In this document: piece by piece, positions 52,240 to 61,934 of the stretch
Numbering within the stretch: the first letter of the stretch is position 1
Layout: each line of letters starts with the position of its first letter
Source: Myxococcota bacterium
GTDB lineage: Bacteria; Myxococcota_A; UBA9160; UBA4427
Direction of reading: 5' to 3'
Assembly (NCBI GenBank): GCA_046583095.1
Contig: JAYGDB010000116.1
Location: 373 to 64,372, forward strand
DNA length: 64,000 nt
Notes under the pieces: generated by a model
What the model was told of the DNA's origin: nothing
Database searches by the model: none
Seen by the model: the letters and a program-made list of their open reading frames with translations, nothing else
Made by a program: the position numbers and the translations under genes

Positions 52240-53627
52240 CGGCTCCCTTCACGGCCGGCGACGTCGCGCGCTGGACAGGCGGGCAGCTCGTCGCGGGCAG
52301 CCCGACGACTCCCTTCACCGGTGCGGTGATCGATAGCCGGCAGGTCACGGACGGCAACCTCTTCACCGCCATCGTCGGGCCCAACCACGACGCGCATCGC
52401 TTCATCCCCCAGGTCGTCGAGGCGGGCGCTGCGGGCGTGCTCGCGAAACGTGGAAGTGCCGTCCAGACGGGCTCCGCATGCTTGATCGAGGTGGACGACA
52501 CCACGGCCGCGCTGGGAGCCGTCGCAGCGGGACATCGCGCACTCTTCGAAGGGCCGGTCGTCGCGATCACCGGCTCGTCTGGCAAGACGACCACGAAGGA
52601 GATGTGCGCCGCGATTCTCGCGGCCGCCGGACCCTGCCTCAAGACCGAGGGCAACCTGAACAACGAGTTCGGCCTGCCCCTGACGCTGCTGCGGCGCGAG
52701 GAGCAGCACCAGCGTCTGGTCGTCGAACTGGGCATGAACCACCGGGGCGAAATCGCGCGTCTTGCTGCAATCGCGAAGCCCGATGTCGCACTGGTAACCA
52801 ACTGCGGGGTCGCACACATCGAGTTCCTCGGAAGCCGCGAGGAGATCGCCCAGGAGAAGGGCGACCTCTACGCCGCCCTCGGTCCGGACGCGGTAGCGGT
52901 TGCGAACCTCGATGACCCGGTGGCCCATGCCCAAGCCCAGCGCTTCGAGGGCCGCGTGATCGAGTACTCCTGCGGTGAACGCGGGGACGTCCGCGCGCGA
53001 GACGCGCACTTCGTCGAAGGCGGGGCATTCGCCTTCGATCTCGAAACACCGGAAGGGACGGCGGCGCTGCATGTCACCGGGCTCGGAGAGACGACGGTGA
53101 CGAACGCCGCGGGGGCGGCGGCCGCCGCGCTCGCGGCCGGCGTCGACCTCGACGCGGTCGTCACGGGCCTCGGCATCTACCACCCGCCCGCCGGACGCAT
53201 GGCCCCCTACCCGATTGCAGACGGAGCGACGGTCATCGATGACAGCTACAACGCGAACCCCATCTCGATGCGCACGTCGCTCGAAGCGCTGTCGGCCTTG
53301 GCAACGTCCTCCCAGGCCGTCGCCGTACTCGGTGACATGGGCGAGCTGGGAGACTCCGTCGACGCCGCACACCGGGAGACCGGACGCATCGTCGCCGAAC
53401 TCGGCATCGACTGGCTGATCGCGGTGGGCGAGCGCGCACCGCTGGTGATCGAGGGCGCCCGGAAAGCCGGGATGGAGCCCGCGCGCAGCCTCGTCGCCTC
53501 CGGGACGGCTGCAGCAACGAGCTTCGTCCGCGAGTGCCTGGGGAAGAACGACTGGGTCCTCGTCAAGGGATCACGAGACATGAAGCTGGAACGCGTCGTC
53601 GAGACGCTCCGCGAGGGAAGCGACTAG
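52236..53627 (+). CDS. murF: UDP-MurNAc-tripeptide:D-Ala-D-Ala ligase
   Basis: 'ITGSSGKTTTKEM'. Canonical position, with an ATGA overlap with murE. Confidence 0.92.
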   Translation: MTAPFTAGDVARWTGGQLVAGSPTTPFTGAVIDSRQVTDGNLFTAIVGPNHDAHRFIPQVVEAGAAGVLAKRGSAVQTGSACLIEVDDTTAALGAVAAGHRALFEGPVVAITGSSGKTTTKEMCAAILAAAGPCLKTEGNLNNEFGLPLTLLRREEQHQRLVVELGMNHRGEIARLAAIAKPDVALVTNCGVAHIEFLGSREEIAQEKGDLYAALGPDAVAVANLDDPVAHAQAQRFEGRVIEYSCGERGDVRARDAHFVEGGAFAFDLETPEGTAALHVTGLGETTVTNAAGAAAAALAAGVDLDAVVTGLGIYHPPAGRMAPYPIADGATVIDDSYNANPISMRTSLEALSALATSSQAVAVLGDMGELGDSVDAAHRETGRIVAELGIDWLIAVGERAPLVIEGARKAGMEPARSLVASGTAAATSFVRECLGKNDWVLVKGSRDMKLERVVETLREGSD

Positions 53628-54701
53628 ATGCTCTACCACCTGCTGTATCCGCTCGCCGAGCAGTTCGGCGTCTTCAACGTCGTTCGGTACATCACGTTCC
53701 GTACCGCCGCGGCTACCCTCACGGCGCTCTTCCTCACCTTCCTGTTCGGCCCCTGGCTGATCCGCCGACTCGCGGCGCTGCACATCGGCCAGCCGATCCG
53801 CGAAATCGGCCCCGATCACCAGGCCAAGGAAGGCACGCCAACGATGGGCGGACTGCTGATCCTGGCGGCCATGGTGGTGTCGGTGCTGCTTTGGTCCGAA
53901 CTCGACAATCGCTTCGTGTGGATCGTGCTGGGACTGACCACCGGCTACGGCGTTCTCGGCTTCTTCGACGACTACAGGAAGGTGACCCAGGGCGACAGCG
54001 CGGGCGTCTCGGCGCGCATGAAGCTCGTCTGGCAGACACTGCTCGCTGTCGGTGTTGCGGTCGCGATCTACACCGACCCCGCCTTCGACAAGGAGCTGGC
54101 GGTTCCCTTCTTCAAGGACTTCACACCGAATCTCGGGATCTTCTACATCCCGCTGGCCGCCTTCATCATCGTAGCTGCGAGCAACGGCGTGAACCTCACG
54201 GACGGCCTCGATGGGCTCGCGATCGGGCCCGTCATGATCACGGGGGCAACGTTCCTGCTGCTCTCGTACGCGGCGGGCAACGCCGTCATCGCCGACTACC
54301 TGGCCATCAAGTACGTCCCCGGAGCCGGGCAGCTCGCAATCTTCTGCGGAGCCCTCGTGGGAGGGGGGCTCGGCTTTCTGTGGTTCAACGCTTCGCCCGC
54401 GGAGCTCTTCATGGGAGACGTCGGTGCCCTCGCCCTCGGCGGCGCACTGGGGACCATCGCGGTCCTCATCCGGCAGGAGATCCTGCTCGCCGTCGTCGGC
54501 GGGATCTTCGTGGTGGAGACCGTCTCGGTGATCATCCAGGTGGCGTCGTTCAAGCTCACCGGCAAGCGCGTGTTCTTGATGGCGCCAATTCACCACCACT
54601 ACGAACAGCTGGGCTGGCCCGAGCAGAAGATCGTCGTCCGCTTCTGGATCGTCTCGATCATCCTCGCACTGGTAGCCGTCTCATCGCTGAAGTTGCGATG
54701 A
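53628..54701 (+). CDS. mraY: Phospho-MurNAc-pentapeptide translocase
   Basis: '[10 protein letters not shown]', '[11 protein letters not shown]' and 'APIHHHYE'. Confidence 0.95.
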   Translation: MLYHLLYPLAEQFGVFNVVRYITFRTAAATLTALFLTFLFGPWLIRRLAALHIGQPIREIGPDHQAKEGTPTMGGLLILAAMVVSVLLWSELDNRFVWIVLGLTTGYGVLGFFDDYRKVTQGDSAGVSARMKLVWQTLLAVGVAVAIYTDPAFDKELAVPFFKDFTPNLGIFYIPLAAFIIVAASNGVNLTDGLDGLAIGPVMITGATFLLLSYAAGNAVIADYLAIKYVPGAGQLAIFCGALVGGGLGFLWFNASPAELFMGDVGALALGGALGTIAVLIRQEILLAVVGGIFVVETVSVIIQVASFKLTGKRVFLMAPIHHHYEQLGWPEQKIVVRFWIVSIILALVAVSSLKLR

Positions 54702-54717
54702 AGGCGAGAAAGGAAGG

Positions 54718-56094
54718 ATGGAAAATTCGCAGAGCGATCTGCCCGATCTGCAGGGCTGGAAGGTCCTCGTGATCGGACTCGGCCTGTCCGGCGTGAGCGC
54801 CTCTCGCTTCTGCGCCGAGCGAGGCGCTTCGGTGGTGGCCGTCGACGAACGCCCGCAAGAGAGCCTTCCGCATCTGGATTCCCTCTCCCTGGCAGGCGAC
54901 ATCGACGTGAGGACGGGTACGGCCATCCCGGACTCCTCGGCTTTCGATCTCGTCGTGCCGAGCCCGGGCGTGCCGCGACAACGCTTCGCAGAAGGCGCGC
55001 AGCGGATCTGGGGGGACATCGAGCTCACCGCCCGCGCCCTTTCCGTTCCGCTCGTCGCCGTGACGGGCACCAACGGCAAGAGCACCGTGGTACGCCTGAT
55101 CGAGTCGATGCTTCGGGCCGCGGGAGTTCGCGCGCGTGCAGCCGGGAACATCGGGACGCCGGCCCTTTCGCTCGTCGGCGAGCCCCTGGACATAGCGGTG
55201 CTCGAGGTGTCCTCGTTCCAACTCGAGACGGTCGAAAACTTCCGCCCGAAGGTAGCGATCTTCCTGAACGTCACACCGGACCACCTCGACCGCCACGGCA
55301 GCTTCGACGACTACGTGCGCGCGAAGAGCACGGTCTTCGCTCGCCAGGAAGCCGACGACGTGGCCGTGCTCAACTTCGATGACCCGGTCGTGCGCGAGCT
55401 CGCCAGCTCGCTTCGGGCGCGCGTCGTTTTCTTCAGCCGCCGGTCTCCCCAGACCGACGGCGTCACCTGGGACGCCGGTCGCATTCTGCTCCCGGGGCGG
55501 GACGGACCGCGCGAGATCGCCCTCGACCCGACCTCCCTGCCCGGCCTGCAGGGGGTCCACAACCTCGAGAACGTCCTCGCGGCCACGGCCGCGGTGTGCG
55601 CACTGGGCGCGGACCCGAACCGGGCGGCGGGGGCGCTGCTCGGCTTCGAAGGACTGCCGCACCGCTGCCAGCAGGTCGCCAGCGGAGGCGGCGTGCGTTT
55701 CGTCGACGACTCCAAGGCGACGAACGCCGGCGCGGCCCAGCGCTCCCTCGAGAGCTTCCCGAACCGCGTGCTGTGGATCGCCGGCGGACGCGGGAAGGGA
55801 ACCGACCTGACCGCGTTGGCGAACGCCGCAGTGGCTCGGGCGCGGCACGCCTTCCTGATCGGGGAGGCCAGCGACGCCCTCGAAGCCGCCCTCGCTGGAA
55901 GACTCTCGACGACCCGATGCAGGTCGATCGAGGATGCCGTCGAGTCCGCCGCAAAGATCGCCGAACCCGGGGAAGTCGTCTTGCTGGCGCCCGCCTGCGC
56001 GAGCTTCGATCAGTTCGCGAGCTTCGAGGAGCGGGGAGACCGCTTCGCCGCCGCAGCGCGAAGCTGGACCGCTTCTCGGACAGGTGGCCAATGA
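54718..56094 (+). CDS. murD: UDP-MurNAc-L-Ala:D-Glu ligase
   Basis: 'VTGTNGKSTV', with SD AAGGAAGG upstream. Confidence 0.92.
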   Translation: MENSQSDLPDLQGWKVLVIGLGLSGVSASRFCAERGASVVAVDERPQESLPHLDSLSLAGDIDVRTGTAIPDSSAFDLVVPSPGVPRQRFAEGAQRIWGDIELTARALSVPLVAVTGTNGKSTVVRLIESMLRAAGVRARAAGNIGTPALSLVGEPLDIAVLEVSSFQLETVENFRPKVAIFLNVTPDHLDRHGSFDDYVRAKSTVFARQEADDVAVLNFDDPVVRELASSLRARVVFFSRRSPQTDGVTWDAGRILLPGRDGPREIALDPTSLPGLQGVHNLENVLAATAAVCALGADPNRAAGALLGFEGLPHRCQQVASGGGVRFVDDSKATNAGAAQRSLESFPNRVLWIAGGRGKGTDLTALANAAVARARHAFLIGEASDALEAALAGRLSTTRCRSIEDAVESAAKIAEPGEVVLLAPACASFDQFASFEERGDRFAAAARSWTASRTGGQ

Positions 56095-57251
56095 CTGCCG
56101 CCCCTGCGCGCCGCAAGGCCCCGACCCCGAAACGCTACGGGAGGCTCCGCCTGGATGGCGGTGTCAGCCTCGCGGCGATCACGCTGATCTCGCTGGGCGT
56201 CGTCATGAGCTACAGCACGACGGCGCCCCTCGACATCGACGTGAGGATCCCGCCTCTCTTCCGGCAGCACTTGCTCGCCCTGGCCGCGGGCCTGGCCGCG
56301 ATGGCGGCTGCGGCCGCCGTGCCGCTGCGACTGTGGCAACGACTCGCCCTGCCTCTCTGGATCGCAGGCGTCGTCCTGCTCGTCCTCACCCACTGGATCG
56401 GCAGCGACGTGAACGGAGCCAGGCGCTGGCTCGAACTGGGCATCCGCTTCCAGCCCGTCGAGGTCGTGAAGTTCACCACCCTACTGGTGGTGGTTGCCGC
56501 GGTGGCACCCCGAGACGGCCGGCGGGATCTCAGCAACCGGCGCGCGGGGCTTGCCCTCGGACTGTTCACGCTGCCCCCTGTGTTGCTGTTGCTCGCACAG
56601 CCGGATCTCGGCAACGCCGTGCTGCTGTTCGCCCTCACTGTCCTGCTGCTGGTGGTCGCCGGCCGCCCCCTGCGCCAGCTCTTGGTTCCCGCGGCGGCCG
56701 CGGCGGTGCTGGTTGCGGCGTACATCGCGAACAACGACTACGCGCGCCGGCGGGTGGAAGGCTTCCTCGATCCCTGGACCAAATGGGAGACGTCCGGCTT
56801 CCAGCTCGTCCAATCCTTCGTGGCCTTCGGACAAGGGGGGCTCGCGGGAGTCGGCCTCGGCAACGGCCGTCAGAAACTCGACTATCTCTTCGGCGCCCAC
56901 ACGGACTTCGTCCTGGCATTGATCGCCGAAGAGCTCGGCCTGCTCGGTGTGCTGCTCGTGCTCGGCGCCTTCGCGGCCCTACTCGTCACGGGATGCCGCA
57001 TCGGCCTGCGGGCCAACGATCGCTTCGGCCTGCTGCTCGCCTTCGCGATGACGTCGCTGTTGACCGTGCCGGCGATCCTGAACGGTGCCGTCGTCATGGG
57101 GCTCGTACCGACCAAGGGACTGACCCTGCCCTTCCTCTCGTATGGCGGGACGTCCCTCGTAATGTGCTGCGTAAGCCTCGGCGTATTGCTCGGCGTTGCA
57201 CGACAGACCGTGCCGGGACGACGCCGGAGTGCAAGGACAAGCAAGGTCTAG
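56091..57251 (+). CDS. ftsW: SEDS-family peptidoglycan glycosyltransferase FtsW
   Basis: The ATG at 56091 overlaps the murD stop. 'RFQPVEVVKF' and 10 TM helices. The upstream part of the track ORF is not coding. Confidence 0.9.
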   Translation: MTAAPARRKAPTPKRYGRLRLDGGVSLAAITLISLGVVMSYSTTAPLDIDVRIPPLFRQHLLALAAGLAAMAAAAAVPLRLWQRLALPLWIAGVVLLVLTHWIGSDVNGARRWLELGIRFQPVEVVKFTTLLVVVAAVAPRDGRRDLSNRRAGLALGLFTLPPVLLLLAQPDLGNAVLLFALTVLLLVVAGRPLRQLLVPAAAAAVLVAAYIANNDYARRRVEGFLDPWTKWETSGFQLVQSFVAFGQGGLAGVGLGNGRQKLDYLFGAHTDFVLALIAEELGLLGVLLVLGAFAALLVTGCRIGLRANDRFGLLLAFAMTSLLTVPAILNGAVVMGLVPTKGLTLPFLSYGGTSLVMCCVSLGVLLGVARQTVPGRRRSARTSKV

Positions 57252-57255
57252 GGTC

Positions 57256-58662
57256 ATGCTTGGACACGTCCAGCACATCCACTTCCTCGGCATCGGCGGC
57301 ATCGGCATGTGCGGACTCGCAGAGCTGCTCCACAGCCGGGGCTACACGATCACCGGCTCGGATCTCGCCGAGGCAGTCACCGTCGAACGACTCCGTCACC
57401 TCGGCGTACCCGTCCTCGTCGGACACGCCGCGAGCAACCTCGGGAACGCCGACCTGCTGGTCTATTCCTCTGCAGTTCGGAGCAACAACCCGGAGCTGAT
57501 CGAGGCTCAGCGGCGCGAGACCCCGGTCGTCTCTCGGGGCGAGATGCTCGCCGAGGTGATGCGACTGCAGGACGGCATCGCCATCGCCGGAACCCACGGC
57601 AAGACCACCACCACGTCACTCGTCGCGCACGTACTCGAAGGGGCGGGCCTCGATCCGACGGCGATGATCGGCGGGCGCGTGATCCCGCCGCACGGCGCCG
57701 AGCCCGCGGCGGCGCGAGACCGGAGCGGGGTCCTCCTCGGCAAGGGCAACCTCTTCGTCGCCGAGGCGGACGAGAGCGACGGCTCGTTCCTGCGGTTGGC
57801 TCCGATCGTGGCGGTCGTGACGAACATCGACCCAGAGCACCTCGACCACTACGGCAGCTACGAGGCCCTGCAAGACGCATTCGTCGACTTCGCGAACTGC
57901 ATTCCGTCCCAGGGCCTCGCCATCGTCTGCTTCGACCACCCGGGCGTCCAGGCAATCCTGCCCCGGCTGACGCGCCGCCACACGACGTACGGGTTCAACA
58001 GCGAGGCCGATCTCACCGCAACCGCCCTCGAGCCCGACGGCTTCGGCACCACCTTCACGGTGAGCCGGCGGGGACAGGCCCTGGGTCGGGCTCGGCTGCC
58101 TCTTCCGGGCCGGTACAACGTCGCAAACTGCCTCGCCGCCATCGCCGTAGCACTGGAGTTCGAGATCTCGTTCGAGACGGCCGCCGCATCCCTGGCCGAC
58201 TTCGCCGGGATCGAGCGGCACTTCGAGCGCAAGGGCGAGGCCGCCGGCGTCCTCGTCGTCGACGACTACGGCCACCACCCCGCCGAAGTCCGGGCGACCC
58301 TCGCGTCTGCGCGGGCCATGCACCCGGGGCGGATCGTCGTCGTCTTCCAACCCCACCGGTACACGCGCACCCGCGACTGCTTCGACGAGTTCGCGACCGC
58401 CTTCAACGACGCCGACGTGCTCGTCATGTGCGAGGTCTACGCCGCAGGGGAAGACGAGATCCCGGGCGCGGATGGCCGCGCTCTCGCGGACGCGGTCGGG
58501 GCCCAAGGTCACGAGGACGTGCGCTTCGCGCCCGAGCTCGACAAGATTGTCGCCACGCTCCCGGCAGACCTGCTCTCTGGAGATCTCGTCATCACCCTCG
58601 GAGCGGGAAGCGTCTCGAGTCTGGGTCCACCGCTGCTGGCTGCCCTTGGAGGTGCCGGTTGA
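57256..58662 (+). CDS. murC: UDP-MurNAc:L-alanine ligase
   Basis: 'HFLGIGGIGMCGLAELL' and 'IAGTHGKTTTTS'. It follows ftsW after 4 nt, so there is no murG between them. Confidence 0.93.
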   Translation: MLGHVQHIHFLGIGGIGMCGLAELLHSRGYTITGSDLAEAVTVERLRHLGVPVLVGHAASNLGNADLLVYSSAVRSNNPELIEAQRRETPVVSRGEMLAEVMRLQDGIAIAGTHGKTTTTSLVAHVLEGAGLDPTAMIGGRVIPPHGAEPAAARDRSGVLLGKGNLFVAEADESDGSFLRLAPIVAVVTNIDPEHLDHYGSYEALQDAFVDFANCIPSQGLAIVCFDHPGVQAILPRLTRRHTTYGFNSEADLTATALEPDGFGTTFTVSRRGQALGRARLPLPGRYNVANCLAAIAVALEFEISFETAAASLADFAGIERHFERKGEAAGVLVVDDYGHHPAEVRATLASARAMHPGRIVVVFQPHRYTRTRDCFDEFATAFNDADVLVMCEVYAAGEDEIPGADGRALADAVGAQGHEDVRFAPELDKIVATLPADLLSGDLVITLGAGSVSSLGPPLLAALGGAG

Positions 58663-59573
58663 TCGAAACCGCCACCAGACACGCCCTCGAAGAGGCCCTT
58701 GGCGACGCCGTTGCGTTCGACGTCCCGATGACGCGCCACACCTCGCTTCGAATCGGCGGCCTCGCAGATGCCCTGGCGACACCCAGCTCCCGGGAGCAGA
58801 TCGGAGTGCTTCTCAGCCTCTGCGCCGAGCACGGCCTTCCACATTGGACGATCGGTGCCGGCTTCAATTGCCTGGTCTCCGATGCCGGCATCGATGGCGT
58901 CGTCATCAAGCTCGGCGGTCTGCGAGCCCTCGAAGTGCGGCCGGACACCGCCGTCTTCGCCGAGGCCGGCGTCACCCACGCGAGCCTCACGCGCTTCTGT
59001 GTCGAGCACGGCCTCGCGGGCCTCGAGTTCGGCGCGGGGATTCCGGGTGTCGTGGGCGGCTGGATCCCGATGAACGCAGGCATCGGAAGCCGCGAGGTGA
59101 AGGACGTCGTGCTCAGCATCGAGGTGATCGAGCCCGGTGCCGGCGCGCGAAGCCTCCCGCGCGACGCCCTCGACTTCCAATACCGGGCGCTCCGCGGACT
59201 CGCGCCGGGAGCAGTCGTCGTGGCCGCCCTCTTCGAAGTAACCCCCTCCAGCTCGGAGACAGTTCGCGCAGAGGTCGACCGCCTGCTGGCTCAGCGTGCG
59301 GGAAGCCAGCCCCTGAACGTCCCGTCCTGCGGCTCGGTCTTCAAGAATCCCGAGGGCGACTTCGCCGGACGTTTGATCGAAGCCGCCGGACTCAAGGGCA
59401 AGCGCTCCGGTGGCGCCCAGATCTCAGAAGTGCACGCGAATTTCATTGCCAATGCGGGCGGGGCGACGGCGGCCGACGTGCGTCGCCTGATGGAACTCGC
59501 GCAGGAGGCGGTGGAGAAGGAAGCGGGAATCCAGCTCGAGCCGGAGGTCCGTCTGATTGGGAGGCAAGAGTGA
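58659..59573 (+). CDS. murB: UDP-N-acetylenolpyruvoylglucosamine reductase
   Basis: The TTG at 58659 overlaps the murC stop (TTGA). 'TSLRIGG', 'GAGFNCLV' and 'SCGSVFKNP'. Confidence 0.88.
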   Translation: MIETATRHALEEALGDAVAFDVPMTRHTSLRIGGLADALATPSSREQIGVLLSLCAEHGLPHWTIGAGFNCLVSDAGIDGVVIKLGGLRALEVRPDTAVFAEAGVTHASLTRFCVEHGLAGLEFGAGIPGVVGGWIPMNAGIGSREVKDVVLSIEVIEPGAGARSLPRDALDFQYRALRGLAPGAVVVAALFEVTPSSSETVRAEVDRLLAQRAGSQPLNVPSCGSVFKNPEGDFAGRLIEAAGLKGKRSGGAQISEVHANFIANAGGATAADVRRLMELAQEAVEKEAGIQLEPEVRLIGRQE

Positions 59574-60496
59574 TGTTCGGACCGCGACAGAATAGATACG
59601 AGCGACGCAGCCAAGCCCGAGCGCGACGCGTCCAGCGACGTCTCGAGCAGGTTCAGCGGAGCCGGGGGACCCGAGGCGCACCTCGCAGCCTACGCGATCA
59701 GCTGAAGGCGCAATCAGCCCCCCGCTCTCGCACGAGACAGCTGGCGCTCTTCGCTGTCCCCCTGCTCTTCGGCACACTCCTCGCGTCCACCGTGACGGCG
59801 ACGGTTCTTCGCTGGTGGAACGAGAAGCCCGCCACCCTGCAGTTGATCGCGGTCCAGGGAACCGAGCGCCTCACCAGCGAAGACGTCGCCTGGGCGACAG
59901 GACTGGCCCGCGGCAGTCTCCTCCATGAAATCTCCGAGACCGAAGTCGTTCGCACCGTGGCTGCCCACCCTTGGATTCGAGAGGCACGTGTGGCCACCCT
60001 GCCCACCGGTACCCTGATCATCGACGTCACCGAGCGCGAGGCCCGCGCGGTGCTCCGGGACGACTCCGGTCTCCACTTCGTCGATGAGGACGGCATCGCC
60101 TTTGCGGTGGTGCACCTCGAAGACGAGCAAGTCGCTGCGAGACTCCCTTTGATCGTCGGCAACGATTCCATCGCGGCCTCGCGGCGGCAGGGCATGACGA
60201 TCGCCGCGCGGCTCGCCGAGATGGCCCTGCCGGGCTTCGCACGGGACGACGCCCCACACCGCGGCCTGATCCTGGAGTTGCCGAGCGCGGACGATGCTCG
60301 CAGGGGCTGGGTGCTGCGCGGCGAACAAGGCCCGGAAGTGATCCTCGGAAGCGACGACGTCGCGGTCGTAACCGGCCGACTCGATCGTCTCGAACGTCTC
60401 CTGGAAGCCGACCTCGGCGCACTCGAGGCGGTGACCGCGATCGATTTACGTTTCGCAGGACAAGCCGTCCTGCGAAAAACGAGCACCTCGAGGTGA
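59573..60496 (+). CDS. ftsQ: Division protein FtsQ (POTRA) with an Arg-rich N-terminus
   Basis: The ATG at 59573 overlaps the murB stop. TM 'LALFAVPLLFGTLLASTV'. POTRA 'IAVQGTERLTSEDV...ARVATLPTGTLIIDVTER'. Confidence 0.85.
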   Translation: MFGPRQNRYERRSQARARRVQRRLEQVQRSRGTRGAPRSLRDQLKAQSAPRSRTRQLALFAVPLLFGTLLASTVTATVLRWWNEKPATLQLIAVQGTERLTSEDVAWATGLARGSLLHEISETEVVRTVAAHPWIREARVATLPTGTLIIDVTEREARAVLRDDSGLHFVDEDGIAFAVVHLEDEQVAARLPLIVGNDSIAASRRQGMTIAARLAEMALPGFARDDAPHRGLILELPSADDARRGWVLRGEQGPEVILGSDDVAVVTGRLDRLERLLEADLGALEAVTAIDLRFAGQAVLRKTSTSR

Positions 60497-60606
60497 GGTG
60501 CACCAAGCGGCGGCAGCGCGCGGACGCGCGACGCCGCCCACGACGGGACGTGCGGGAGATCCCGCGTCCCGGCCCTTTCGGGGGCAATAGGGGGTGAGAA
60601 GGAAGC

Positions 60607-61848
60607 ATGGCAAGACGAGGAGAAGAACTCCTGGTCGGACTCGACATCGGGACGACCAAGATCTGCGCTGTGGTCGCGGAGCGAACGGAGAACGGCATCG
60701 AAATCGCCGGGATCGGAACGCATCCGTCTCGCGGCCTGCGCAAGGGCGTGGTGGTGGACATCGATTCCACCGTCCGCTCGATCAAGCACGCCGTCGAGGA
60801 AGCCGAGATGATGGCCTCCTGCGAGATCACGTCCGTCTACGCGGGCATTGCAGGCGGACACCTGCGCGGCTTCAACTCGAACGGTGTAGTCGCAGTGAAG
60901 GACGGGGAGGTGCGCGATCACGACATCAAGCGCGTGATCGATGCAGCGAAGGCCGTGGCGATTCCCATGGATCGCGAGGTGATCCACGTGATCCCGCAGG
61001 AGTTCATCATCGACGGCCAGGATGGAATTACGGAGCCACTCGGAATGCACGGAGTGCGCCTCGAGGCGCACGTCCACATGGTCACCGCCGCGGTCACCAG
61101 CGCCCAGAACATCGTGAAGTGCGCCAACCAGGCGGGGCTGAATGTCTGCGACATCGTGCTCGAACCGCTGGCTTCGGCCCAGGCCGTGCTCGGTGCAGAC
61201 GAACGGCAACTCGGGGTTTGCATGATCGACATCGGCGGCGGCACCACGGACATCGCAGTGTTCGAAGAGGGGTCGATCAAGACGACGGCCGTGTTGGCCC
61301 TCGGCGGCTACCACCTGTCGAACGACATCGCGGTCGGGTTGCGGACGCCCTTCGAGGAGGCCGAGCGGATCAAGAAGAAGTTCGGTGTCGCGTCGTCGCG
61401 GTACCTCGCGAGCGACGACGTGCTGACGGTTCCCAGTGTCGGCGGGCGCCGGCCCCGGGAGATATCGCGCAAGATCCTGTGCGAGATCATCGAGCCGCGG
61501 GTGGAGGAGATCCTCTTCCTTGCCCGGCAGGAGATCGCCAAGGCGGGGCTCGAGAGCGAGATTCCGTCGGGCCTCGTCCTCACGGGTGGCGCGTCGTCCC
61601 TGACCGGCATCGTGGAGCTGGCCGAGGAGGTCTTCGAGGCTCCTGTGCGACTCGGAGTGCCATGCAACGTCGGGGGACTGCAGGACGTCGTCCGCGGACC
61701 CGAATACGCCACCGGGGTGGGACTCGTGCAGTTCGGTCTCGGCCAACGCCCCGATGCCGCGAGCCGGTTCCGGATCCGCGACGACTCGATCTTCGGGCGG
61801 GTCAAGCAGCGGATGCGGGACTGGCTCTACACCGATTTTGGAGAGTGA
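60607..61848 (+). CDS. ftsA: Division protein FtsA
   Basis: 'VGLDIGTTKICAVV', 'DIGGGTTD' and the C-terminal amphipathic 'FGRVKQRMRDWL'. Confidence 0.95.
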   Translation: MARRGEELLVGLDIGTTKICAVVAERTENGIEIAGIGTHPSRGLRKGVVVDIDSTVRSIKHAVEEAEMMASCEITSVYAGIAGGHLRGFNSNGVVAVKDGEVRDHDIKRVIDAAKAVAIPMDREVIHVIPQEFIIDGQDGITEPLGMHGVRLEAHVHMVTAAVTSAQNIVKCANQAGLNVCDIVLEPLASAQAVLGADERQLGVCMIDIGGGTTDIAVFEEGSIKTTAVLALGGYHLSNDIAVGLRTPFEEAERIKKKFGVASSRYLASDDVLTVPSVGGRRPREISRKILCEIIEPRVEEILFLARQEIAKAGLESEIPSGLVLTGGASSLTGIVELAEEVFEAPVRLGVPCNVGGLQDVVRGPEYATGVGLVQFGLGQRPDAASRFRIRDDSIFGRVKQRMRDWLYTDFGE

Positions 61849-61874
61849 CGGGTAGCCAGAGAAGAGGAGCAAAA

Positions 61875-61934
61875 ATGGAACAATCGTTCGTCGATTTTGT
61901 TACCTTCTGGCAACGTATGGGAGCGACCCCATGA
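61875..61934 (+). CDS. Candidate 19-codon micro-ORF ([19 protein letters not shown]) coupled to ftsZ
   Basis: SD AGAGGAG at 61863-61869, 5 nt before the ATG at 61875. The stop TGA at 61932-61934 overlaps the ftsZ ATG at 61931 (ATGA). Hand-counted GC is about 42% over 61871-61920. Confidence 0.3.
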   Translation: MEQSFVDFVTFWQRMGATP

